Assembly (NCBI GenBank): GCA_014728035.1 | Contig: WJMJ01000039.1 | Coordinates: forward strand, 1 to 43,844 | Source of the DNA: Promethearchaeota archaeon | GTDB lineage: Archaea; Asgardarchaeota; Thorarchaeia; Thorarchaeales; Thorarchaeaceae | Length of the DNA stretch: 43,844 bases | Direction of reading: 5' to 3' | Shown: one piece after another, positions 28,473-38,200 of the stretch | How the letters are laid out: each line of letters begins with the position of its first letter | How positions within the stretch are numbered: position 1 is the first letter of the stretch | Made by a program: the position numbers and the translations under genes | Notes under the pieces: model-generated | What the model was told of the DNA's origin: nothing | The model's database searches: none | Seen by the model: only the letters and a program-made list of their open reading frames with translations

Positions 28473-29483
28473 ATGATCACTACGAGAAAATTGAACAAAG
28501 TACGTAACTCATTCTACGTCTATCTTCCACGTGATTGGTGTGATACCTACAACCTGAATAAGGATAGTGAGGTTAAAATCCAACAATCACCCGAAGGTAC
28601 TCTTATTGTATATCCTCCAGAATTCGAACCTAAAAAAGGTGGATTGCTGAAATTCGTTATTGATGAGAGTAACAAAGATAGTGTTGAAAGTATGCTCATA
28701 GGTGCATACATTGTTGGGTCTGCAGGTATACACATTGAATTTTCAGAAGAATTGGAACTTGAAACGAGAGAGATGATTAGTAGATGGATTCGACGTCTAC
28801 CTGGTTTCGAGATATTGGAAGAACATAGTCAGAGTATAACTATTAGTGAAATTAGCGAGATACAAGTAGTCATGCCTATTCTCAAAAGGCAGTTTGCTAC
28901 AACAAAATATATGCTTGGAGGGCTCATTAGTTCCATGGAATCAGAAGACACTTCCAAGGCATCTAAAATTCTCAATAGAGATGAGGATGTGGACAGGCAC
29001 AGGTATTTTGTTGAACGTCTCTGTCATCTTGCATTACAAGACCCATCATATGCTAGAAAAATTGACATATCACCCCCTGAATGTCTTCATTTCAGTCTTG
29101 CTGCAAAATACATAGAAAGAATTGCAGATCATATTTGTGGAGCAACTGAAGAATTCAAACGACTAAGAAAAATAGATGATACATTGTTTGTCTTAGCAAA
29201 GAAGTTGGCAGAAGTATATAGTGAAACTATGCGTATGTTCTTCAGGGTTGAAGGAATGAAACATTCAACAAAAGATGTGACTGAATCCACTGAAGCGTTT
29301 GATTCTTTACATAATGCAACAGCGATAGCAACGAAGTTATCTAAGCTAGAGAGTTCTAAGAAAGGACCAGAATCCGATATTGTTCTGTTTATCTTGCACC
29401 TACAACGTGTTGCCTCATATTGTGCAGATATTGGAGAAGTAGCCATCAATAGAATAATCCAATCCCAAATCAATGTACGATAA
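28473..29483 (+). CDS. archaeal phosphate uptake regulator (AbrB-like N-domain + PhoU repeats)
   Basis: TRKLNKVRNSFYVYLPRDW AbrB/SpoVT-like start, AKYIERIADH and LQRVASYCADIGE PhoU motifs. Divergent from pstS. Confidence 0.9.
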   Translation: MITTRKLNKVRNSFYVYLPRDWCDTYNLNKDSEVKIQQSPEGTLIVYPPEFEPKKGGLLKFVIDESNKDSVESMLIGAYIVGSAGIHIEFSEELELETREMISRWIRRLPGFEILEEHSQSITISEISEIQVVMPILKRQFATTKYMLGGLISSMESEDTSKASKILNRDEDVDRHRYFVERLCHLALQDPSYARKIDISPPECLHFSLAAKYIERIADHICGATEEFKRLRKIDDTLFVLAKKLAEVYSETMRMFFRVEGMKHSTKDVTESTEAFDSLHNATAIATKLSKLESSKKGPESDIVLFILHLQRVASYCADIGEVAINRIIQSQINVR

Positions 29484-30369
29484 TGCTGTTCTTAGACAGA
29501 CTTATGACTGCTTGGTCAGTATCAAAAATGATGAAACCTTGACCTCTCGAAAAATCAAGAATCGCTTGAATGAGTTGGATGGGAAAGAATGGGTCAAGCT
29601 TACCAAGTCTTGGTTCATAGTTAATCCTCCTGCACGTACAAGGAGACAATTGGAGCATCCTGCGAAATTTCCTGAAAAACTCGTGGAGCGCTTTGTGAAA
29701 TTCTTTACAAATAAGGGGGATTGGGTGCTAGACCCATTCGGGGGTGTTGGGAGTACAGGGCGAGCCTGCAAGAACCTAGATCGAAATGCCTTCTGTATTG
29801 AATTGAATTCGGAATTTGTAGAGATTGGTCAACATGGTCTTGAGAAAAAAGCAGAGTTCAATCAATATCTAGTACGTGGCGATTCTTTGGAGATAGAGTT
29901 TATTCTTGGTGATCATTTTGGACCGGATATTCCTAATTTTGATTACTTGGTCACATCACCCCCTTACTGGAACATGTTAAGGAAATCACGTGGCGGAAAT
30001 GAAACTACTCATAAAGAACGAGGCGAACAGGGTCTAAAACAACATTATAGCGAATCTGACCGAGACCTAGGAAACATCGAGGGTTACCAAGATTATCTTG
30101 ATAACCTGTATGGAATTTTTGAAGCACTATTCCCGTTCTTGCATGACAAAGCATATCTCACTGTTATTGTTCAAAATATGCGTGACGTGGATGGAACACT
30201 CCGGCCTATTGCATGGGACTTGGCAAAAAAACTGTCTGATATCTACAAACTTCAACAAGAGATGATCTGGTGTCAGGACAACAAGCGACTTGGTTGTTGG
30301 GGATTTCCTACCACATATGTATCGAATGTACATCATCACTATTGTCTGATTTTTCAGAAGACTAAATAA
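29473..30369 (+). CDS. N4-cytosine/N6-adenine DNA methyltransferase (orphan)
   Basis: HPAKFP, motif I VLDPFGGVGST before motif IV TSPPYW. Likely true start is TTG 29539. Confidence 0.88.
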   Translation: MYDNAVLRQTYDCLVSIKNDETLTSRKIKNRLNELDGKEWVKLTKSWFIVNPPARTRRQLEHPAKFPEKLVERFVKFFTNKGDWVLDPFGGVGSTGRACKNLDRNAFCIELNSEFVEIGQHGLEKKAEFNQYLVRGDSLEIEFILGDHFGPDIPNFDYLVTSPPYWNMLRKSRGGNETTHKERGEQGLKQHYSESDRDLGNIEGYQDYLDNLYGIFEALFPFLHDKAYLTVIVQNMRDVDGTLRPIAWDLAKKLSDIYKLQQEMIWCQDNKRLGCWGFPTTYVSNVHHHYCLIFQKTK

Positions 30370-30459
30370 TCAGCTTGAAGAAATTAGGAAATCCTAAATA
30401 CAGTAATATGTAATGGCAAAAAGGTACAATTAGAGTCATATTAAGGTACATTTCGGTGA

Positions 30460-33426
30460 TTGAGTTTGAAACTAAAAGAAATTAAAGCAGTTTCATTGTT
30501 GTTTTTGGGAGTGCTTGTTTTTAGCGCGATGCCTCTAGGGTTGTTGCAACCAACTATAGAGACTCCAATAACTCCTATAAGAAATACAAAACCTGCAGCG
30601 TTCAATCTTCAGAGTTACGAAAAGGTCATGAATGTCACAACATTCGTTTCTCCCGATGGGAGTAAGGATGCACTATGGTGGTTCTTGAATGCTGCTGAGG
30701 AAAGCATCTATGTTGAGATTTATGGGGTTAATAATCCCTACATTTTAGATTTAATACACGACCTCCACGACACAAAACCTTCTCTAGACATGAAGTTCCT
30801 TTTAGGTTGGAACAGTCTTGGATACTATTCAGAAAATGACTATGTTGCTAATAATCTAACTTTGTTAGGGTATGAGGTCAAATGGACGAATGATACTGAC
30901 TTCACCTATGCTCATCAAAAGTTTGTTGTTATCGATAATGAAACAACACTGGTCCATTCCGGAAATTGGGCAAAGACATCTTTTCCAGATTTTAAGTACA
31001 AAGCGAACAGAGAATGGTCAATTGCATTGAATGATTCGGATGTCACAAGTTATTATCGATCGGTATTTGATTATGATTGGATGCGTGGAATTGATTATAA
31101 TGCAACAGAACATGGAACTGGGAGTGCTTTGACTTATCCTACCACTACCAGTACTTACGATCATCCTTTCGCTGAAGCTGGCAATTTCTATGAATTAGTT
31201 AATGTGACCCCTGTCTTCAGTCCTGATACTAGTCTGCAAGCGATTCTGTATTGTATCAATTCTGCAAAGTACACTCTGGATATCCAGATTCCCTATTTCA
31301 CAAGCATTGGAGATGCTGGAGAAGTAGACCAAGTCGTTGATGCTATTCTCGATGCTAGAGCACGTGGAGTTACTGTAAGAGTAATTTCAGAAGAAGAGAA
31401 GGATTACTTGGAGATTGCGGAACTGTTCTATAACCACAGTATTCCTGTTGTATGGCACGATACACGCTGGTTTACAGCTGAGCATAACAAAGGAATAATT
31501 GTTGATGGACACATGGTTCTGCTAAGCAGTATCAACTTTTCTGACGGTAGTATTTCAGAGAATCGTGAGGCAGGAGTTATTATTGACAACTACAATATCA
31601 CTCAATGGTACCTCGAAATCTTCGATTTTGACTGGGAGTTGGGTGATGGCGATGAGAATATGGGCGAGGTAAACCTTTACTGGACTCCAAACATTCCAAC
31701 AAGCTCGGATGTCATCAACGTATCTATTTTTGCTCAAAGACATTATAGTGATGTGACTGATGTCAATCTTAGTGTGCAGATTGACACTGATCCTGCAACC
31801 AATTATAGCATAACAACAAATGTCTATCCTTCAATTGAAGGTCAGGATGAGAACTACTTCTATGAGATTTCAGCACAACCCCATGGAACCAATATTACAG
31901 TTCAAGGATTTATCAAAGCTCTAGGTGTTTGGCATAATGGAACTCCTATGGTGATTCATGTGCTTGATTCTACAGATGGTGTGACTTTAGATAGTCCAGC
32001 TGATTTCGAGTATGAATCTGGTTCTACAGGCCATACAATCACTTGGACTGGCTCTGCCGAAAATCCTGACAAATATGAGGTTCTTTGGAATGGTACTCAT
32101 TACACAAGTGGTAACTGGGGTGGAAATACCGTAGGAATCGCTGTGAATGGACTAGCTGTGGGTAAGCATAACTTTACTTGTATCGTTAATGATACCACAG
32201 GAGCATTTGCAATTGACACTGTCTGGATCACAGTTACACCTGCAGAAGCACCGGAAATCACAGGACCAGACGATTTCTTGTATGAAGAAGGGATTTCAGA
32301 ATATGTCATCTATTGGAACTTCACCGACCAGAGTCCTGATACTCTGATAGCCTACTATAACAATGCTCCAATCTTGACACAGAGCTATGCATCCGAAGAC
32401 TCTCTTGTTTATGATGCAGGGAATCTAAGTGAAGGTGACTACAATCTGACAATCTGGCTGAATGATACATTGGGTCTTGAATCGGGTAATACCGTGTTAT
32501 TCACAGTCAATGCCAGTGCTGCGCCAAACATAATCGGTCCAGCTGATGTGGATTACGAATACGGAACGACATCTTATGACCTCAGATGGGATTTTGAGGA
32601 TGTTAGTCCTGATACATACTTGTTATACAAGAATGGTAGTCTCATCAATAGTGGTACATACGATACTGCTGGTATGATAGAGATTGATGTTGGTCAGCTG
32701 GATTTGGGTGTCTATAATTACACTCTGTGGATGAATGACACTTTGGGTCATATATCAACAGATACCGTTTTGGTGACTTGTCAAGATACCACTATTCCGA
32801 CAATCGATCATCCAATAGATAGAACATTAGAATCCGGTCCTGAGAATCAAAGCATTGTATGGAATCCATCTGACCTTGATCCCGACTCTTATGAGATCAT
32901 GAGAAATGGTACTATAGTGCAGTCTGGAAATTGGCTTGGTGGAAGTATCACTCTTGATTTTGTTCCTGCACTCACTGGAGTGTTCAATTTCACCATAATC
33001 GTTAGTGATGGCAGTTCCAATACGATTACAGATACGGTCATGGTAACCATTGAGGATACTACAGAACCAACCATAAGTCATCCCGAGGATTTCGAAGACC
33101 TCATTGATAATATACTCCCAGTAATCAGTTGGGATGTAGAGGATTTCCATCCGGGTAACTATAGCATTTACGTCGATGATCAGCTGGTTGATTCTGGTTC
33201 ATGGACTAACGATGAATCAATAGAGTATCAGGTGAATATTCTTACACCGGGCACCTACGAGATTCGTATTGTTGTATCTGATTCCGATGGAAACACGGTC
33301 CAAGATGTTGTAAATGTAACAATTCGTGAGCCTGGTATCACAGATAACCCACTGTTCTATCCAATTATTGGAGCAGTTGTTGTAGTCGTCCTCGGATTAC
33401 TTGGTTGTCTGAACAAGAAAAAATAG
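30460..33426 (+). CDS. secreted, membrane-anchored phospholipase D-superfamily protein with Ig-like repeats
   Basis: Signal peptide, two HxKxxxxD motifs (HQKFVVID..SGN; HNKGIIVD..SIN), NRE motifs, five Ig-like repeats, C-terminal TM + KKK. Confidence 0.9.
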   Translation: MSLKLKEIKAVSLLFLGVLVFSAMPLGLLQPTIETPITPIRNTKPAAFNLQSYEKVMNVTTFVSPDGSKDALWWFLNAAEESIYVEIYGVNNPYILDLIHDLHDTKPSLDMKFLLGWNSLGYYSENDYVANNLTLLGYEVKWTNDTDFTYAHQKFVVIDNETTLVHSGNWAKTSFPDFKYKANREWSIALNDSDVTSYYRSVFDYDWMRGIDYNATEHGTGSALTYPTTTSTYDHPFAEAGNFYELVNVTPVFSPDTSLQAILYCINSAKYTLDIQIPYFTSIGDAGEVDQVVDAILDARARGVTVRVISEEEKDYLEIAELFYNHSIPVVWHDTRWFTAEHNKGIIVDGHMVLLSSINFSDGSISENREAGVIIDNYNITQWYLEIFDFDWELGDGDENMGEVNLYWTPNIPTSSDVINVSIFAQRHYSDVTDVNLSVQIDTDPATNYSITTNVYPSIEGQDENYFYEISAQPHGTNITVQGFIKALGVWHNGTPMVIHVLDSTDGVTLDSPADFEYESGSTGHTITWTGSAENPDKYEVLWNGTHYTSGNWGGNTVGIAVNGLAVGKHNFTCIVNDTTGAFAIDTVWITVTPAEAPEITGPDDFLYEEGISEYVIYWNFTDQSPDTLIAYYNNAPILTQSYASEDSLVYDAGNLSEGDYNLTIWLNDTLGLESGNTVLFTVNASAAPNIIGPADVDYEYGTTSYDLRWDFEDVSPDTYLLYKNGSLINSGTYDTAGMIEIDVGQLDLGVYNYTLWMNDTLGHISTDTVLVTCQDTTIPTIDHPIDRTLESGPENQSIVWNPSDLDPDSYEIMRNGTIVQSGNWLGGSITLDFVPALTGVFNFTIIVSDGSSNTITDTVMVTIEDTTEPTISHPEDFEDLIDNILPVISWDVEDFHPGNYSIYVDDQLVDSGSWTNDESIEYQVNILTPGTYEIRIVVSDSDGNTVQDVVNVTIREPGITDNPLFYPIIGAVVVVVLGLLGCLNKKK
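31981..33333 (+). repeat. five tandem ~90-aa Ig-like repeats (protein level)
   Basis: Consensus P.I..P.D..YE.G.....I.W...D..PD.Y....NG.....G.W....I.....L..G.YN.T....D..G....DTV.VT occurs five times. Confidence 0.85.
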
Positions 33427-33430
33427 TATA

Positions 33431-33475
33431 CTTGAAGCCGTCCTAAGATGGACGGCCAAGCTTTCTTTTTCTTTT
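33431..33475 (+). terminator. hairpin + oligo-T intrinsic terminator after the PLD gene
   Basis: GCCGTCC-TAAGAT-GGACGGC stem (33437-33456) with flanking CTTG/CAAG, followed by CTTTCTTTTTCTTTT. Confidence 0.75.
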
Positions 33476-33720
33476 ATCATTCTGTGTTTTGTTAATCTAC
33501 TACTAATATAATTCAGTTACCAAGAGAAATAAAACGCAGATGCTGAGATGGTCTATCTTTGATTTGCAGAATCAAATAGATAACTATCAGATTTTTTTCA
33601 AATTAAATCAATAATAAGAGTAGAAATTAGATTTTCATAACATTGTACATTAGAGAACTTTTTACGGTATGAGTTTTTTCACAAGGTGACTCTTATTAGG
33701 TACGACTCGCAATCTAACTT

Positions 33721-34602
33721 ATGTCATATTCAACTAGACTATTGACAATCGAAGATAAGGAGCAAGTTGAGGCCATCAGTGCAACAATCTGGGACGGACA
33801 TGATTACGTTGGAAGAGTGTTTCCCAAATGGGTTGAAGATGAAGATAGTGTTCCCGTTGGTGTGTTTGATGATTCTAAATTAATAGGGATAATCAATATC
33901 CAATTTAGAAAACTAGGCATCGCATGGGCTCAAGGATTGAGAGTTCTTGATGACTATCGTGACAAAGGTGTCGGAACAAAACTAACGAAAGAAATAGTAA
34001 AGATTGCAAAAGAGAAGGGTGCTAGAATACTCCGCTATTGTACTAGCTCTCGAAATGAGGCTTCTATCCACGTTGCCAAAAAAGCTGGTTTCTATCAAGC
34101 AAATAGAGTAGGGTATTTGAGGCTATATCCTCCATATCCTGATCACCCAAAACCAAGTCCACTCATTCATCCTGTAAAGCTTGACTCTGATAGAATGATG
34201 ATATTATTGAATCAAAATCCTGATTTAGTTCCTACTAAGACATTACCTATCGCATGGGAGTTTGAAACAAAGGACATGACAGGAATAGAAAAGATTGCAG
34301 ACATGGCAGAAATCAAGGGAATCGTCAGTCATAATGGAATCCTAACATCATTTTATTATTCATACGAATTCACTAGAGATGATGAAAAACAATGCGCTTT
34401 CACAGTTTATTCGATAGACCGGTCCGAATTCGTTGATATCATCTCCCGAATCCTCGATACAGCTGAAACGAAGGGATACAAGCGAATTGTCTTCTTTCTA
34501 GGTCCAAATGGAACAGAATGGATGGACCGAATGGATCTGATTCCTGAAGAATATGAAGGACGAAGATTCATTTTGTTTGAGCTTATTCCATCTGAGCATT
34601 AG
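33721..34602 (+). CDS. GNAT-family N-acetyltransferase
   Basis: GLRVLDDYRDKGVGT acetyl-CoA motif A, N.ASI....K.GF motif B, N-terminal IWDGHDY. Confidence 0.88.
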   Translation: MSYSTRLLTIEDKEQVEAISATIWDGHDYVGRVFPKWVEDEDSVPVGVFDDSKLIGIINIQFRKLGIAWAQGLRVLDDYRDKGVGTKLTKEIVKIAKEKGARILRYCTSSRNEASIHVAKKAGFYQANRVGYLRLYPPYPDHPKPSPLIHPVKLDSDRMMILLNQNPDLVPTKTLPIAWEFETKDMTGIEKIADMAEIKGIVSHNGILTSFYYSYEFTRDDEKQCAFTVYSIDRSEFVDIISRILDTAETKGYKRIVFFLGPNGTEWMDRMDLIPEEYEGRRFILFELIPSEH

Positions 34603-34645
34603 TTCTCTCCGAATATCAATCAGGAAAAATTATGTTCATTACAAG

Positions 34646-35170
34646 TCAGAGTTCCTCATAATATCCTTCCTCGTACTGGTCAAGAACGGACCAATTAGGT
34701 GCATATTGTATTGGTTCATGATCTTCTGCTGGGAGTTCGAGACCCTCTATCTCTGCAATCTTTTTTCGTAGAGTGTAAGACTTGGCTCCGTCCCAGTGAA
34801 AGTAATCTTTGAGGTCTTGGGAGAACTTGCCTTGATATCTTCCGCATTTACCTGCACAGAACACTCGGGTATCGCGAATCTCTAAGGAATCTGAGCACCA
34901 ACGACAGAATGCCTCTCTTCCATGGGCGTGAATTCTTCCGTTGATGAGTTGCACGAAGAGTACAGTTCCGTCAAGGTCTACTACTGCCCAGTCTTCATGG
35001 TTGATAAGGGTCTTTTTCCATAGCTGGCTTGGGTGCCGTTCTTTGCGACTCAGTCGACGGGGACGCGGTATGTCAGAGGTTGAAGTCTTTTTCTTCTTGG
35101 ATTTGGATGTAGGGGTTTTACTCTTTTCTTCAAAATCGCTCAAGGAAGTCTGGACTGTCTTGTGCCTCAT
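34646..35170 (-). CDS. hypothetical C4 zinc-finger protein with an N-terminal PIP-box-like motif
   Basis: QTSLSDF at residues 7-13, Lys/Arg-rich linker, CRWC-x12-CAGKC. TTTATC promoter-like element ~25-30 bp upstream of the ATG. Confidence 0.7.
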   Translation of the reverse strand: MRHKTVQTSLSDFEEKSKTPTSKSKKKKTSTSDIPRPRRLSRKERHPSQLWKKTLINHEDWAVVDLDGTVLFVQLINGRIHAHGREAFCRWCSDSLEIRDTRVFCAGKCGRYQGKFSQDLKDYFHWDGAKSYTLRKKIAEIEGLELPAEDHEPIQYAPNWSVLDQYEEGYYEEL

Positions 35171-35202
35171 ATATCTTAGTTATGTCAAGAGTAGATAAAC
35201 CC

Positions 35203-38200
35203 CTACGAATCTTCAGCTTTTAGTTTCTCTGCTCTTTCAAAAGCCTTTTTTGCTTCTTCCAGTCTTCCAGTTTTCTCATATAAAAGTCCTAATTCATACC
35301 ATGACTGGTCCCAATCAGAATCAATTTCAAGAGACTTTTTGAATTGTTTTTCTGAATCTTCATACAATTCCATCGAGCTCAAAATCGAGGCCAATGTAAA
35401 CAAAGCAGATGTTGATTCTGGATACATATCTACCGTCTTTTCTGCGACTTCTCGTGCTTCTTGGAATTTCATTTTGTCTCTGAGAATCAGAGCAAGACTA
35501 GCAAGTGCGGATTTTTCTTTGGGGTTAACTTTCAATGCTTGCTTGATATAGTGTTCAGCTTCATCTAATGCACCTTGTTGATGAAATAGAATTCCAAGAT
35601 TAAGATGGCATGTAACATTATCAGGGTCTATCAATGTAAGTTTGACATAGATTTGAATCGCTTTGTCTAGTTCACCCATTAGTGAGTAGATATATCCAAG
35701 ATAATACAATGCGTCTGTATAGTACTCGTCTATTTCGACTGCAGCTTTGAAAGCTTGTGTTGCTTCTTCTAAGTTTTGTTGATTTAATAGATGAATTCCT
35801 AAATCATACCATCCTCGTGGATATCTTGGATAAAGTTCGATAACTTTTCGCATAGCCTTTTCCGCTTTATCTATTTGATTCAATTCCAAAAGGAAAGAAC
35901 CAAGATTCAGCCAAGCTAAAAGATGTTTGGGAGAAATTTCTATGACTTCCTCAAGTAATTCAACTGATTCTTGTGTTCTATCATTATCATGGAGATGTAG
36001 AGCAAGGAGAATAAGTGCTTCAACGTGATGGGAGTTCTCTCCTATTATTTCCCGGAGAATAGATTCAAGTGTTCCTAGATAGGTAAGCCTGTCATATTGT
36101 TCAAGCACCACTCGTTCAATCTCCGGGTTTCCTGGTTCAAGTTCTCTTGCTCTAAGAAGTGCTTCCAAAGCTTCTTTGTCATTACCGATTTCAAGTAAAA
36201 TTGTACCAAGACTGAATAGCATACTTGAATCATCTGGTTTCAGTTCTATTGCTCTTCGAGCGATATTTTCAGCTTCATCTAGATCTCCTTCTTTGGCTGT
36301 TAATACCGATAGAAGATTAAGTAGATCAGCATTATCAGAATCCATCTTGAGTAATTTTTCCAAGACCGCTTTGCCCTTTGCTATTTCATCCTGCATAGAG
36401 GCCTCTAGTGCAACGAAATATCCCTTTTCAATGTATTTTGGATCAATTTCTAGAATTCTTTCAAAAGCTTCGTGAGCCTCATCATGAAGATCAAGCTCCA
36501 ATAGTACTTCACCATAATTCAACAATGTCAAAGTTGAGTCCGATTTGTACTCCAACGATTTTTCAAATGCGTCCTTTGCCTCCACCAATTTGTTTTGTCG
36601 CTTAAGAATCACACCTATACTATTCCAACTAGAAGCATCTTCAGGAACGAGTTCTAACAGTTTCTTAAAAGCTGCTTCTGCCTCTTCTAAATCGCTTAGA
36701 TAGAGCAAGGTCGTACCATATTGAAACCAGCCTAAAGCGTCATCTGGTTTGATTTCAATTACTAATCGAAATGATTTCGCAGCTTCCTCGTATCGTTTTA
36801 GATATACATAAGACATTCCTAGATGGTACCATGTATCATACTGATTTGCATCTAGATTAGTTGATTTTCTGTATGCATCAATAGCAGCGGGATAATCCTT
36901 GTATTTTTCAAATATCTCTCCTAGGAGGTTCCAGTGAGAAGGGTATTGATCATCAATCGAAATTGCTTTCTCAATGGACTCTAGAGCATCATCCAAGTTA
37001 TTTTCATGAATAAATACAACCGCGAGTCGAGCTAAGCTAATGTCGTCTTTATCGTCCAAACTCAATGCCTTTTTGAATGCAGATATTGATTCGTCATACT
37101 TTTCCATCTCAAGATAGAGTGTTCCGAGTTCTCTCCAAGATTCAGGATCATTCGATTCAAGATCAATTGCTCTAAGAATATCCTTTTCCGCCTCTGGATA
37201 TCTTGAAGCTAATCTAAGATTCATTGCTTTTAGTTTCCAAAGCTCGTATTTTTCAGGTCGAATTCCTAATAATCGTTCGAGAGCAATATCTGTATTTTCT
37301 GACTTCATATGAACTCCATAGTAAATAGAATAGACAAAGAAACAAGTGGTAAGCCATTTTTGCGTTTCAGCATCTTCTGGATACGAACATATAATTTCGA
37401 AAAATAGGTCTGCTATATTCTCAGAATCTATCACAAATACATGAGTAGCAATTCTAAGAAGGAAAGACTCATAGGTTGACCGGCCTAAATCTGTTGGGAG
37501 CTCATTGAGAAATCTGTGATACTTTTCAAGAAGATGTTCGGTGATTTCTATCTCATTGATTTTGAAGTATGATCTAATATCATTATAGCTGCCCTTGTAG
37601 ATGAATTCAGCAATTGATGAGTGCGGGAGACCGATAAATTGGTGATATGATTCATCTATCTGCTTTCTCCAGATTTGTTGATCATCTACTAGAATATCGA
37701 TTATTTGTAACACTTCTTTACCAAGAAGCTCTCTTAGAAATTCTTGATTAACTGGCATCTCGATTCGTGAATACGCACCAATTGCACCCAATGCAATTGC
37801 TCCAAGATGTTTGTTTTTTACACCTTTGATTCTTCTGTCAAGAATGTACTTCGGAAGTTGTTCAAAGGGGTCAAATTCATCACATCCTTTTCCGTACGAT
37901 TCCTCAGCTAGTCTGCGAACAACTTCACAAAAGGTAACCATATTCCTTGAAACGTTCAAAAGATATTCTGCTGTGAAGTCTTCATTGATTCGATGTTCTG
38001 TTCCTATTCGTTCTAAGAATGTTTGAGCCGTCGACTCCTCTGTTTCTATTGAGATTGTATTCTTCTCCTTAAACAAATCTAGAATGGGCTGAAGAGTATC
38101 ATTTTCAACACCCGAAGAGGTTCGCGAAATACAGATAATTCGAATATCTGACCTCATCAGTCCCTTATATTGACGAATATGTTCTATCAGGTCACGTGTA

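Noticed and set aside
29473-33426. MTase + PLD-family gene as a BfiI-type restriction-modification system
   Set aside because: The PLD protein has a signal peptide, an Ig-like stalk and a C-terminal TM anchor, so it is extracellular and cannot be the cognate restriction enzyme.
33543-33590. Intergenic hairpin as a SECIS element
   Set aside because: No AUGA/GA core on either strand, and no neighbouring gene with an internal UGA.
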